Virus record (IMG/VR): IMGVR_UViG_3300046524_000574
Length of the DNA: 64,000 nucleotides
From: an uncultured virus (IMG/VR IMGVR_UViG_3300046524_000574)
Taxonomy: Duplodnaviria > Heunggongvirae > Uroviricota > Caudoviricetes
Direction: 5' to 3' (one strand)
The notes below the pieces were generated by a model that was given only the letters and a program-made list of their open reading frames with translations, made no database searches and was not told the DNA's origin. Position numbers and translations under genes: made by a program. Positions 34,702 to 45,161 of this stretch are shown here, in pieces; the first letter of the stretch is position 1, and every line of letters begins with the position of its first letter.

Positions 34702-35712
34702 ATGTCCCGCCCATATCTGCTCTCAGGCTCTTTTGCGTACGACACGGTTTTCTCGCATCCCCATGCTTTCGGCGCTCGCATCAAGCCCGACGCCATCGAC
34801 AAGCTGAACGCATCGTTTCAGCTCGATTCGGTCAACGAGGCGTTCGGCGGTTGCGCCGGGAACATCGCCTATACCGCATCCATACTCGGCGACAAGCCGA
34901 TGCTTTTGGGAAACGTCGGCTCCGACGGTGAGCGATACCTGCGCCGCATCGAGAGCTGGGGCCTGGACGCATCCACAATCGGGGTTGTGCGCGAACTGCC
35001 GACCGCGCACGCGTGGGTGCTCACGGATAAAGATGGGAACCAGCTGACCTCGTTTTATGCGGGCGCAATGGCAACGCCGCTACAGTCAGTCTACAGAGGC
35101 GCGCTGCCGACCAGTATCTACGGCAAGGCGCCATCGCTTTGGCATATTGCGCCTGAGGACCCTGTCAACATGGTCAAACTGGCGTCGACTGCGCGCGAGG
35201 TAGGTGCGCAATATCTCTTTGACCCGGGTCAGGCATTACCATCACTACTCAATCATGACGCATCGCACATTTCGCCCCTGAGCGTCGTACTGCGGGAGGC
35301 AAAGGGCATTTTCCTGAACGAGTACGAGGCGGAGCTCCTGCGCTCGGAAGTCATTGACCTGAACCATCTGTTGACCGGGCGCGACCAGTTCATTGTGCGC
35401 ACGCGCGGCGCGAAGGGTGTCGACCTTATCCGTCGGGATGGTCTGATTTCCCTGCCGCCTGCGACCCCGGACAGGGTGCTGGACCCGACGGGATGCGGAG
35501 ACGCATTCCGCGCTGGCTTTCTTCACGCCTACACGCGGGGACACCGCCTCGAGGACTGCGTGGCGCTCGGCGCCGTGATGGGCGCGGTCGTGGTGGGCTG
35601 TGAGGGTGGCCAGAACTATACCGCATCTCGCGAGGACCTCTATGCGCGCTGGGAACAATACAAGTCGGAAGTGTTGGGCCCTATTCGGCCCGCCGCCCCC
35701 ATCGTGGGCTAA
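34702..35712 (+). CDS. PfkB-family carbohydrate/nucleoside kinase
   Basis: GSFAYDT, FGGCAGNIAY, FDPGQ, NEYE, TRGAKG, DPTGCGDAFRAG. Confidence 0.9.
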   Translation: MSRPYLLSGSFAYDTVFSHPHAFGARIKPDAIDKLNASFQLDSVNEAFGGCAGNIAYTASILGDKPMLLGNVGSDGERYLRRIESWGLDASTIGVVRELPTAHAWVLTDKDGNQLTSFYAGAMATPLQSVYRGALPTSIYGKAPSLWHIAPEDPVNMVKLASTAREVGAQYLFDPGQALPSLLNHDASHISPLSVVLREAKGIFLNEYEAELLRSEVIDLNHLLTGRDQFIVRTRGAKGVDLIRRDGLISLPPATPDRVLDPTGCGDAFRAGFLHAYTRGHRLEDCVALGAVMGAVVVGCEGGQNYTASREDLYARWEQYKSEVLGPIRPAAPIVG

Positions 35713-35730
35713 CCAGTAAAAGGAAATGAG

Positions 35731-36021
35731 ATGAAGCGAATTGCGTTTTTTATGTTGTTGGCGGCGTGGGCTGGGATGTGTTGCTACGGCCTTCGAGCGA
35801 TGCCGCATGCCCTTGCGCTATCGTTGGATGCAGCGTGGGCACGGATGACAGCGGGCACGCTGATTCCGCTGTTCGCGGACTTCCGACCGGGAGCGTTTGG
35901 CCTTGCCGAGATTTCTATCGTGGGCGGTGGTTTCATTGTGCTTGCCGCATATTTCTGGGCTTTTCACCCAGATAACCCAGATGCCAATCCGTATGTTCAA
36001 GAGAACGGAGCAGTGTCATGA
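35731..36021 (+). CDS. Small membrane protein
   Basis: Two hydrophobic segments; AAGGA RBS; overlaps next gene. Confidence 0.55.
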   Translation: MKRIAFFMLLAAWAGMCCYGLRAMPHALALSLDAAWARMTAGTLIPLFADFRPGAFGLAEISIVGGGFIVLAAYFWAFHPDNPDANPYVQENGAVS

Positions 36022-36686
36022 TGTTTTGCAAAGTGATTCCGGTGATTCACTACAAGGACGACGCGCAGGCCATGCGCAACGCCGAGCGCGCATACGATGC
36101 GGGTTGCGACGGCGTTTTCCTGATTCACATGGAGGGTGACAACGAGCTGCTGGCTGCAATCGCGTGCCGTATCAAATCGCGCTGGACTGACAATCTCCTC
36201 GTCGGTATCAACTATCTGGGCATGGACCCGGCGAAGGCGGTGCTCCGGAATGTCGCTGACGGGCTTGATATGACCTGGACGGACGTGCAGCTCACGCACA
36301 GTTCGGCGGACCCGTGGACGTACGCTGAAATGATTCAGACGGCGCTCGCGAAGCTCCCGACGCATCTGGTCTTTGCCGGCGTCGCATTCAAGCACCAACG
36401 CCCGGAGCCAAACCCTGAACTGGCGGCGCGCATGGCCAACAAATTCGGGTTCATCGCGACCACGAGCGGCTCGGCAACGGGCATCGCCGCAGAAGTCGAC
36501 AAGATTGGGCACCTGCGCGCGGCGCTGGGTGATGCACCGCTGGCCATCGCAAGTGGCGTCACGCCCGAGAACGTGCACGAGTACGCGCCATACCTCAGCC
36601 ACATCCTGGTCGCGACCGGCGTGTCCGAGTCGTTTCACGAGTTCGACTACGAAAAGCTGTACCGGTTGCGCAGCCTCTGCCAGTGA
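36018..36686 (+). CDS. BtpA/SgcQ-like TIM-barrel protein
   Basis: IPVIH, DGVFLI, VGINYL, GVAFKHQ, TTSGSATG, ASGVTPEN, LVATGVS phosphate-binding signature. Confidence 0.75.
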   Translation: MMFCKVIPVIHYKDDAQAMRNAERAYDAGCDGVFLIHMEGDNELLAAIACRIKSRWTDNLLVGINYLGMDPAKAVLRNVADGLDMTWTDVQLTHSSADPWTYAEMIQTALAKLPTHLVFAGVAFKHQRPEPNPELAARMANKFGFIATTSGSATGIAAEVDKIGHLRAALGDAPLAIASGVTPENVHEYAPYLSHILVATGVSESFHEFDYEKLYRLRSLCQ

Positions 36687-36706
36687 TTGAAGGCTTGTGA
36701 AGTTAC

Positions 36707-36734
36707 TTGCAAAAAGCGAATAACGTGGTATAAT
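36707..36734 (+). promoter_or_regulatory. Sigma70-type promoter
   Basis: TTGCAA-16-TATAAT with TG extended -10. Confidence 0.6.
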
Positions 36735-36760
36735 GCAAGTAATTTTTCGAGGACTGTCAC

Positions 36761-37228
36761 ATGGACAACAATCTTCCGCGCGCCACATCTGAATGGCAAC
36801 ACAGCAACGGCGCGATTTACGTCGTGCTGTGCATTGCCAACGAATTCACCGAGCAGCCCGACCGCTATCCGCAGACCGTCGTCTACATGGGCCTGAATGG
36901 TCGCGTGTGGTCTCGCGCGGCGACGGACTGGTATCGCTCGATGACGCTCGTGCGCGATGCCGCCGACGCGCCTGTCGAGCAAGCGAAACAGTCGCAGTTC
37001 GACGCGAGCCGTCCGGTGTCGGCCGCGAACCTGCCCGACAGCATGAAAATCACGCCTGACGCGGCGAAGACGTTCCTGTCGCGCTGGCGCGGAGTCATCC
37101 AGGACCTGCCCATCACGCGCAGCGAGGATGGCCCGGCGCGTGTGGAGTCCACGTTCGCGCAAGATGCGCCGCCCGTGACCGCCGCGCGCGGCACGATAGT
37201 CGGTGAGCCTGACGGTGAAAGCGAATGA
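36761..37228 (+). CDS. Hypothetical protein with DUF1653-like N-terminus
   Basis: WQHSNGAIYVVLCIAN...VVY....GRVWSR; GAGGA RBS. Confidence 0.6.
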   Translation: MDNNLPRATSEWQHSNGAIYVVLCIANEFTEQPDRYPQTVVYMGLNGRVWSRAATDWYRSMTLVRDAADAPVEQAKQSQFDASRPVSAANLPDSMKITPDAAKTFLSRWRGVIQDLPITRSEDGPARVESTFAQDAPPVTAARGTIVGEPDGESE

Positions 37229-37437
37229 GTGAGCGCAACACCGAACAGGGCACGGAGCCAAGCGTTTTCGAAAACGTGGTGTTCGACCCGTATGCCCACA
37301 CGATGCTGTTCGAAGACCGGCGGCACTACCCGAGCGCAGGCGGAGAACAGTTCGTACGCTGGCGCGATGTCGCGACACCGCGCTTGAGTCGCACCGAGGT
37401 ATTCCACCCTGATACGACGGACGGCGCCACGGCATGA
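37225..37437 (+). CDS. Small hypothetical protein
   Basis: ATGA overlap with previous gene. Confidence 0.4.
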   Translation: MSERNTEQGTEPSVFENVVFDPYAHTMLFEDRRHYPSAGGEQFVRWRDVATPRLSRTEVFHPDTTDGATA

Positions 37438-37591
37438 GAAACGACATCGAAGTCAACGTATTTGAAAAACCATCGGGCAACATGAAGTGAGGGCCGGGCG
37501 CTGTATCAAGGAAGTTCGAGACCTCCACACAGCACTTCAGCGCTGAACCTATACGGATAGCAGCGTTTTGCTGTTAACCTGAGGACATATC

Positions 37592-37963
37592 ATGCTGAAA
37601 GTCGATTTCAAAATCCTGGCGCAGGTGCATCATCAACCGGTGACGGTCCGCGCGCGTGACCTGGCAGACCAGACGCCGCGCACGCTCGCACTCGGCTTCA
37701 CCAACAAAGGCGCGTTTCACATCTACCTCGCGGCAGATGGAATTCACAAAGTGGTATACCAAAATACGGTGCCGGCCGTGCTTCTTTCGCACAAACACGA
37801 ACGCGACGGACTGCAGCCTGGTGAATGCGTACCCAACGGGCATCTCTACCCGGAAGCGTGCGACTTCGCGTTTTGTACGCTGCTCAAAACCCGCGGTGTC
37901 GAGCTGCCGTTTCTGGAATGGAATGACCGCCAGATGGCCCGGGCAACCGGCCTCGTGGCTTAA
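37592..37963 (+). CDS. Hypothetical protein
   Basis: GAGGA RBS; CTATAC at 37549-37554. Confidence 0.65.
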   Translation: MLKVDFKILAQVHHQPVTVRARDLADQTPRTLALGFTNKGAFHIYLAADGIHKVVYQNTVPAVLLSHKHERDGLQPGECVPNGHLYPEACDFAFCTLLKTRGVELPFLEWNDRQMARATGLVA

Positions 37964-37981
37964 CCAAGAGGTCATCGAGCC

Positions 37982-38158
37982 ATGAACATCCGCCAGGCCA
38001 TCGAACTGCTTCAGAAACGCGAGGCAGAGGAAGGTAGCGAAATCGAGCTGACCACGCTCGAATACAACGGTGGGGATGATGTCCCCTGCGATGTACTCGA
38101 TTTCGAGGTCGATAAGGAAACCGGCACGCTCCGCATCCGGACCTGTTATCGCCGCTAA
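37982..38158 (+). CDS. 58-aa acidic hypothetical protein (below ORF-track cutoff)
   Basis: MNIRQAIELLQKREAEEG...RTCYRR; GAGG upstream; terminator follows. Confidence 0.55.
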   Translation: MNIRQAIELLQKREAEEGSEIELTTLEYNGGDDVPCDVLDFEVDKETGTLRIRTCYRR

Positions 38159-38180
38159 ACCGGCATAGTTCCTTCTCATG

Positions 38181-38209
38181 AGCCGCAGCTTTGCCTGCGG
38201 CTTTTTTTT
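38181..38209 (+). terminator. Intrinsic terminator
   Basis: agccgcag-ctttgc-ctgcggct plus long T run. Confidence 0.8.
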
Positions 38210-38342
38210 CGCCTAATGAAATTATTAATTGCCCCGCCTATCTAAAGTTTTTCAAACATCTGCCGTTATTTCCGGCCATGCCTGGGCGCACCTCAACCAT
38301 TTTGCATGGTCGGATGTGCTTACACACACTGTCGAGGAAGTA

Positions 38343-38950
38343 ATGAAGTTGCAGGACATCTCCGTAGCAAGGAAGTTTTTGGCTTCAAACTTTGTTCTCG
38401 TAATTCTCAGCCTGGCGGTACTTGGTGCGATGAACGCCTGGTTGCGACGCGTGGTCTCCGAGGTGCGCCGTGGGGTTGAGGAAGCCGACCAACAAATCGG
38501 GCGACCAGGAAGCGATTGCCGGAATCGGGGAACTTCGCCAAACCGTCGTCTCGCACTCGGCCGATTCCGCCCGGCAGGCGAGCACGCTGGTCCACTCGGC
38601 GGGGCAGGCGGCGCGCCGGGGACATGACGTCGTCGACCAGGTGGTCGTGCGCATGACTGAAATATCAGATAGTTCGCATAAAATATCAGAAATTACCAGC
38701 ACCATCGACGGTATTGCGTTCCAAAACCAATCTTCTCGCGCACAATGCTGCCGTTGAAGCGGCGCGTGCACAGGGAAAAGGCTCTTTGCCGTGGTAGCAT
38801 CCGAGGTTCGGGCGTTAGCCTCTCGCAGCTCAGAGGCGGCCAAGCAAATCAAGGCGCCTATCGCCGCCTCCGTAGATAAAGTGGACACCGGAGCGGCTCT
38901 TGTAGCCCAGACTGGTGAGGTAATGTCCGAGATTGTCCTGTGCATTAACC
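38343..38950 (+). pseudogene. Frameshifted, internally deleted methyl-accepting chemotaxis protein
   Basis: SADSARQAS..A.RGHDVV.QVV..M.EI..SS.KI.EI...IDGIAFQ, then in another frame VASEVRALA.RS.EAAKQIK; the signalling hairpin is broken. Confidence 0.85.
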
Positions 38951-39107
38951 CGCGACGGATGATGAACGAACGAAATCTCGGCGGCCACGACGGAATTGAC
39001 GTTCGGTCACAGAATCCTGGCGGACCGGGGGAGCGGGCAGCGGGCTGATGCGTCCGGAGCAGACGCCGGTCGGCGGCTGCGGCACACTCGAATATCATCA
39101 AGACAAC

Positions 39108-40592
39108 ATGAAGAAAGCAAAGCTGTTTGACCTCCTGCGGGAACGTACCCGGGAACGCGGAGAGTTTCCAGCGCTCAAGAAGGCGCTCAGCGCCATCGCA
39201 GAAGCGATGAATGATGAAAAGGCGAGCAACGCCGAGCTCGCGGCCACCGTGCTTGGAGATTTCACGCTTACCCAGAAAGTTCTGAAGCTCGCCAACTCGG
39301 CGACGTACCACGCCTACGCGCGGGACGTGACCACCGTGTCTCGCGCGCTCCTTATTCTCGGTTCGGCCACCGTTGCCTACACGGCCATAAACATTCAGCT
39401 GATTGATACCTTCGAAGGCCTGGCAGAGTCGCGTGTGGAAGCGACCGAAGAACTGACGAAGGCCTCGTTTGCCGGTAAGCTCGCCAGAGAGTTCGCGACC
39501 AAGAGCGGTGAGGCTTTCGGAGAGGAAGCGGCCGTCGCCACCCTCATGTATCAACTGGCCCGACTGCTGGTCGTCTTCTATTTCCCCGATGAGTGGGAGC
39601 GTATTCGTGAGCTGCTGGAGCTGGGGCTCACCGAAGAGGATGCTTTTCTTCAGGTATTGGGGGTCACCCCGGACGAGCTGAGCGAAGAGACCCTAAAGGA
39701 ATGGTCGTTACCGCATCGAGTCATCCCTAAGTCAGCGGCCCGGCCCAAGGCGCCGGGGCAGCTCGTCACCAATCATGCAGAATATCTGGCCTGTCTAGCG
39801 GGATTGTCTACTGAGCTTGCTCAGGAGCTAACGCGCGGCGGTGATGAGGCCCGCGTGCAGGCGTTGCTGCAGACCTATGCGCCCTCGCTCGGGCAGGACC
39901 CGATAGAGCTCGAGCAACTGGCTCGCGAGATGTTTGCAGCCGAGACTCGGGAAAAGGAGCCACGTTCGCAGGAAGAACTTGAATTGCCGAGCCTGTCGGG
40001 AGGCAAGCCACTAGACGCGGAAATGCGGCTGAGCACGGCTGTAGAAGATTTGGCGTCGACCGCGCAAGGCACAGAAGTATCATTGCTGACCCAGATGGTC
40101 CTGGAATCCATGATGCAGGGCCTGGGACTGGCCACGTGTGTAGCCTTTTTCCGAATACCGGCGAAGCAAAACTTCGAGGCGCGACTCGGGTTCGGAGTGG
40201 CCAAGGACAGTCTGCCAAAGATGGCTTTTGAAGAAGCCTTTGTGCCGGACATCTTCCATCTAGCGTTGGCGCAGGGCCGCTCGATTTTCATGGACGACAC
40301 CCAGAACTCAAAAAATGAGTCGCGCATTCCAGAGTGGCACAAAAAAGCGTTCCCCAATGTGCGCTCAGTCTTGCTTGTGCCGCTTCAACTGAACGACCGC
40401 GCTATCGGACTGCTCTATGGAAACTGGGGCGAACAGAACTGTTCGAGCTTGAGCGACCAGGAATATGAGCATCTGCATTCGATGCGCAACATGGTGTCCT
40501 CAGCCTTCGAAGAAGCGCTGAAGGCCCCACTCGGGGCCTTCTCGTTGATTGACGCGACCCAAAGAAAGCGGGGCCGCAAGCCAACGGTTTAA
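39108..40592 (+). CDS. HDOD-domain protein with C-terminal GAF-like domain
   Basis: FPAL, VLGDFTLTQKVLKLANSA.Y, VTTVSRALLILG, EWSLP; SVLLVPL..IGLLYG. Confidence 0.85.
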   Translation: MKKAKLFDLLRERTRERGEFPALKKALSAIAEAMNDEKASNAELAATVLGDFTLTQKVLKLANSATYHAYARDVTTVSRALLILGSATVAYTAINIQLIDTFEGLAESRVEATEELTKASFAGKLAREFATKSGEAFGEEAAVATLMYQLARLLVVFYFPDEWERIRELLELGLTEEDAFLQVLGVTPDELSEETLKEWSLPHRVIPKSAARPKAPGQLVTNHAEYLACLAGLSTELAQELTRGGDEARVQALLQTYAPSLGQDPIELEQLAREMFAAETREKEPRSQEELELPSLSGGKPLDAEMRLSTAVEDLASTAQGTEVSLLTQMVLESMMQGLGLATCVAFFRIPAKQNFEARLGFGVAKDSLPKMAFEEAFVPDIFHLALAQGRSIFMDDTQNSKNESRIPEWHKKAFPNVRSVLLVPLQLNDRAIGLLYGNWGEQNCSSLSDQEYEHLHSMRNMVSSAFEEALKAPLGAFSLIDATQRKRGRKPTV

Positions 40593-40633
40593 TATGCGGG
40601 ATGGTCGAGCCGCGTCGTCCGCCGGCCGGCAGT

Positions 40634-41218
<585 letters not shown>

Positions 41219-41339
41219 GAATATGTCCTTGCGGTGCAGTAATAGTTAACAATCGGAATGTCGAGCAGTCTACCACAAAAACGACATAATGACCACGACA
41301 ACCGGGTGTTAACTATCGAGAGTCCATCAGGATAAGGGC

Positions 41340-41597
41340 TCAGGTGCCTGCGTAGGCGCGGACTCGGTCAAGTACCTCCGTCCAGTCCTGCGCAAAGTGG
41401 TCGCCATCGTAAGGGTCTTCGCCTGCGAAACCGCGGGGCGGCCATACGTTGAAGCCACTGTCGATGGGCTCGATGTCGATGTTGTGCTGATTTGCCAACG
41501 CCTTGGCGGTCTCCCGTGACTTGCGGTGCGTGTCTGGCCGGCGCGCGACCGGCGCCTTAAACGTGCGCGAAATCATACTGGAGAGGGTTTTTGCCAT
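41340..41597 (-). CDS. Hypothetical protein
   Basis: Compact ORF co-oriented with clpP. Confidence 0.5.
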   Translation of the reverse strand: MAKTLSSMISRTFKAPVARRPDTHRKSRETAKALANQHNIDIEPIDSGFNVWPPRGFAGEDPYDGDHFAQDWTEVLDRVRAYAGT

Positions 41598-41602
41598 CGG
41601 GG

Positions 41603-41857
41603 TTACGCCTTATCAATGTTGAGCCCGTCAGCCACGCGCTGCGCCAGCTCCTTCGAGCCGCTCACACGGATGCAGACGTTTTCGTCAGTGCCGTTCTCAT
41701 CGTACAGCAGCCATTTGCCGGCGTCCTGCACGTCATCCACTACCCAGTGTTCCATAGGGTCTCCAAGCTCGTCAATGAACGAGATGTCATTATAGTAAAG
41801 AATGACGCTAACGTCAAATCCCCCTCGGGTTAGGGCTATTTTTGATTTTGCGCACAC
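41603..41857 (-). CDS. Hypothetical protein (start uncertain)
   Basis: Acidic ORF abutting next gene. Confidence 0.4.
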   Translation of the reverse strand: MCAKSKIALTRGGFDVSVILYYNDISFIDELGDPMEHWVVDDVQDAGKWLLYDENGTDENVCIRVSGSKELAQRVADGLNIDKA

Positions 41858-42016
41858 TATCGATAGTTCTCCAAAGCCCGGGCGGCTAGCGCTATTAGTG
41901 ACGAAGAGGGTGCCCGCGGTGAACCGTCTGTACTTTGTCGCATTTTGCGAAAAAGAGTCGGTAATGTGGCGTTTAATGATATACTCGCCTCATCGTAAAT
42001 TACAGCAGGACACGAC

Positions 42017-42385
42017 ATGTCGCACGCAGGAATGACCACGGCACATCCGGACTGGCTGAGCCAGGTCGAGACCGTCAACGTGAAACCCGAGCACACGCAG
42101 GGCCGCTCGGAAACGGGTGCTGTGCTGGCCGCGGTGGCCGACGCAATGGACCAGGAAAACGAGCCATTCAAGGCGGGCGAGATGATGGGGGTTGTCATCG
42201 AGCGGGGCGTCAGCGTCGTGTATGCGATGACGGCGTCGACCGGCAAGTCAGGCGCCGACGTCACGCGTATCGCGACGCAGTACGGTGTCGACGAGTGCAA
42301 CGTCGGACTCATGTCTGCATACGTGATGCTTCAGGCTCACTTTAACGGCATCGCACGTTGCGTCGAATTCGTTCAAGGGAAATAA
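42017..42385 (+). CDS. Hypothetical protein
   Basis: AGGA RBS; first of a tight run of small genes. Confidence 0.6.
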   Translation: MSHAGMTTAHPDWLSQVETVNVKPEHTQGRSETGAVLAAVADAMDQENEPFKAGEMMGVVIERGVSVVYAMTASTGKSGADVTRIATQYGVDECNVGLMSAYVMLQAHFNGIARCVEFVQGK

Positions 42386-42388
42386 GTC

Positions 42389-42622
42389 ATGCGAGTCACT
42401 ATCGACGAATTGATTGCTGAGCTGCAGAAGCAGAAAGACGCCGGCGTCGCAGGCGACACCTTCCTGGCGCTGCCGGGTACCGACAACAACGCGCGCGCGG
42501 GCTTCGTGAACTTCGAAGTGCAGCCGCAGCTGGTGTCGGTTGCAAAGACTGATTTCGAAAAAGGCTGGACCGTCGCGAAGGTCGTGTCGCAGCGTGGTGT
42601 TCAAGTTCTGGTGCTGGGCTGA
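42389..42622 (+). CDS. Hypothetical protein
   Basis: 3-nt gap from previous gene. Confidence 0.6.
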   Translation: MRVTIDELIAELQKQKDAGVAGDTFLALPGTDNNARAGFVNFEVQPQLVSVAKTDFEKGWTVAKVVSQRGVQVLVLG

Positions 42623-42633
42623 GGAGATATTCG

Positions 42634-42963
42634 ATGGGTTTCAGAACTGTGGTGCTGCTCGAGAACGACCGGTCTTCGGAATGGGAAAACGACCAGGGCC
42701 TAGGCAAGAAAATCGCGCATGCTGCCATGTTCGCGTCGGCGCGCATTGAGGCCTGCGACCGTGCGTCGTTCGTCGGCGGTCGCGTGCTCCAATGCACGCA
42801 TGCTGACACGCAGACCCTGGCCGTGCTCGACAGTTACAACATGAATGCGCTGGCTCACTCGAACTGGCAGCGCGGGCAGTCTGCCGACGATGTGGCACTT
42901 CAGTTGCTGCGCCAGGCTGCAGACAAGCTGGGCTACACGCTCACGAAGAAACGCTCGCAATAA
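42634..42963 (+). CDS. Hypothetical protein
   Basis: GAGGAG RBS. Confidence 0.65.
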   Translation: MGFRTVVLLENDRSSEWENDQGLGKKIAHAAMFASARIEACDRASFVGGRVLQCTHADTQTLAVLDSYNMNALAHSNWQRGQSADDVALQLLRQAADKLGYTLTKKRSQ

Positions 42964-43033
42964 ACCCGGGCTCGGGCGCCGGAGGCCTGCGCGTCGTCAC
43001 CCGAGCCTGGATGAACCTTAGAGGAAACAGTCC

Positions 43034-43243
43034 ATGTACACAGTCATCGTTGAAGTCAAGGTCGTCAACACCATGGGTGAAGTTGTCGACGCACAGGGCT
43101 ATGCCGATATGGGCAGCCCGCATCACAAGCATCGCCCGTTGAAGGCGGAGCAACGCTTCGTGACGTTCGATAGCATCGAGAAAGCGCACAAGGCCTTGAC
43201 TGGCGTGCACGGTCTCGTCAAGGCGGCTCAGGACCTGGCTTAA
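43034..43243 (+). CDS. Hypothetical protein
   Basis: GAGGA RBS. Confidence 0.55.
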   Translation: MYTVIVEVKVVNTMGEVVDAQGYADMGSPHHKHRPLKAEQRFVTFDSIEKAHKALTGVHGLVKAAQDLA

Positions 43244-43275
43244 GCGCTCACAAACTGATAATCGGGAGCAAGAAT

Positions 43276-43722
43276 ATGAATTTGGGTGAACGACTGAAGG
43301 CCGCGACGGCTGCAGAAGAAGAGGCGGCGCGGCGAGCCGCGCGGGCCCGGCAGGCAGCGCAAGATGAAAAAACGTTCGAGGTCAGGCTGCGGGCGCAGCA
43401 TTTCTTCGACTATGCGTATCAGCTCTTTGCGTTTCGCCTTGTGAACGACCAGCCGGTTGGTAAGGTCGAACTCGGCGGGAAAAGCTTTCGCGATGTGGCC
43501 GCGCTGCTCAACGTCTCCAGCTGGAAGATTCCGAGCGGCGTGCCTGGCGCATGGCGTCATGGTAGTGGTGTCTGGAGGTCGGACAATCCGCTGTACGACG
43601 TCTGGGCGGGATTTGCCGCGCGTTGCGCCTCCGCGGGTCTCGAGCCCCAATGGTCGTACGAGCACGACGGCATGGCCGGCGATTCGTGGTGCGTGTTGAC
43701 CGTCACACCGGCGGCCGCGTAA
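43276..43722 (+). CDS. Hypothetical protein
   Basis: GGAG RBS. Confidence 0.6.
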   Translation: MNLGERLKAATAAEEEAARRAARARQAAQDEKTFEVRLRAQHFFDYAYQLFAFRLVNDQPVGKVELGGKSFRDVAALLNVSSWKIPSGVPGAWRHGSGVWRSDNPLYDVWAGFAARCASAGLEPQWSYEHDGMAGDSWCVLTVTPAAA

Positions 43723-44138
43723 TGCAACTCGACGCGAAAGTCGTTCTCCCAGTCTTCAGCGACGCGTGGCGAGCGCTCGCGCAGCCCGCGCGGCTCGCGC
43801 CGGTGCAGGGTTACGAAGCGGGGATTCCGTGGTCGCTGCACCTCGATGCGTACGCGGAGTATTGCAAGCGCTACAGTCCCCAACCGAGATTGATTCAAGG
43901 CAACTGCCGCGGAGGCTTCGATGTTAGCGAGCTCGACAGCTTCATTCCGGGCTGGCGCGAGCGGGTGTCGACTGACGCTTCGAAGAAGATGCCTTCAGGT
44001 GCGGAAGCGCGCGTGCGCACTGCCTTTTTAGATTTTGTTGAAGCGGCGAGTGTAGTGCCCAGCACCGCAATGGCGACCGCGTTCATCCGCGCTACGCTTC
44101 CGCTGCTCGCGGGCGGCGCCGTATCCTCAAAAACCTGA
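43722..44138 (+). CDS. Hypothetical protein
   Basis: TAATG stop/start overlap. Confidence 0.55.
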   Translation: MQLDAKVVLPVFSDAWRALAQPARLAPVQGYEAGIPWSLHLDAYAEYCKRYSPQPRLIQGNCRGGFDVSELDSFIPGWRERVSTDASKKMPSGAEARVRTAFLDFVEAASVVPSTAMATAFIRATLPLLAGGAVSSKT

Positions 44139-44155
44139 AGTTCACGGAGGTTGTC

Positions 44156-44533
44156 ATGAAAAAACTTCTGCCGTATGCCCGCCAGCTCTCAGCAGGTCTC
44201 GCCCTCGTATTGGGCATGACGGGGCTCGCGTTCAGTGGAGCGACCTTCTTGCCCTCGATTGCCGAGCAGGCCGATAAGGCGTCGACGCTTATCCTGGGCG
44301 TGGCCGCCTTCAGCGGCGCAGCGATGCTCTTCGGCTTCGCCATCTATTTCGCGACACTGGTCAGCCTCGTGGTCGCCGGCCGCGGGCGGACTGCGCTCGC
44401 CTTCGCGCCGCTTTCGGACTGCAATGACCTGGCCGGGTGGCTTTACTTCAGATGGAACTTCTTCGGCGAAGGCGGGCAGCAGGCAGGCCTACGGTTCTTC
44501 GGTCTCGAAGTCGCGCTGCAGGGCCGGCTGTAA
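44156..44533 (+). CDS. Membrane protein
   Basis: GGAGG RBS; two hydrophobic helices. Confidence 0.6.
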   Translation: MKKLLPYARQLSAGLALVLGMTGLAFSGATFLPSIAEQADKASTLILGVAAFSGAAMLFGFAIYFATLVSLVVAGRGRTALAFAPLSDCNDLAGWLYFRWNFFGEGGQQAGLRFFGLEVALQGRL

Positions 44534-44547
44534 CTGCGTGGACGAAC

Positions 44548-45042
44548 ATGGTTTCCATCCCAGACCTCAATGTCACGTTCGAGCGGCCGTTCAGGCTCAC
44601 ACAGGCGCTGCGCGAGCACACCGAGACGTTCTTCTCGAATCAGACTGATGTGATTCAGGGCCCGGCGGAGCTGACCGTAATGGGCATTGTGCCGGACCTC
44701 GTGCTGACGAAGGAGGCGTGGCCACATGTGGACGCTCACTGGAAGGGCCACGTGTTTTACACGATGACGGCGGACGGCAGCATGTACGAATTCGGAACGC
44801 CGGCTATACCGGATGGAATCATCGTCGCCGCCGGCAAGGTGTTTCGCATCGACCCGCTCGTGCTGCACTGGCTTCGCCCGGACCCGGTGGTCTCGCACAC
44901 ATGGACGGCGCTGCAATGGGTGGTGCCTGTCGAGCAGGAGCCTGCCTTCGTCGACGCCCTGGCTGCCGCCATCCGCGCATGGAACGAGCCCGGGTTTGCC
45001 CTTCCTATCCTATGCCTGGCTGAGAACCCATTCTTGGCCTGA
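44548..45042 (+). CDS. Hypothetical protein
   Basis: ATG 14 nt after previous stop. Confidence 0.55.
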   Translation: MVSIPDLNVTFERPFRLTQALREHTETFFSNQTDVIQGPAELTVMGIVPDLVLTKEAWPHVDAHWKGHVFYTMTADGSMYEFGTPAIPDGIIVAAGKVFRIDPLVLHWLRPDPVVSHTWTALQWVVPVEQEPAFVDALAAAIRAWNEPGFALPILCLAENPFLA

Positions 45043-45161
45043 GCCCCCGCATTATCCAGAGGTGCCACGCCTGCGCCGAGCGAAGCTTGACTCGGAGTAT
45101 GCTTTAGCCAATTTGGTATCAAAAGCATTGCCGTCGGTACAACTTTCGCGAGGTCTACCAG

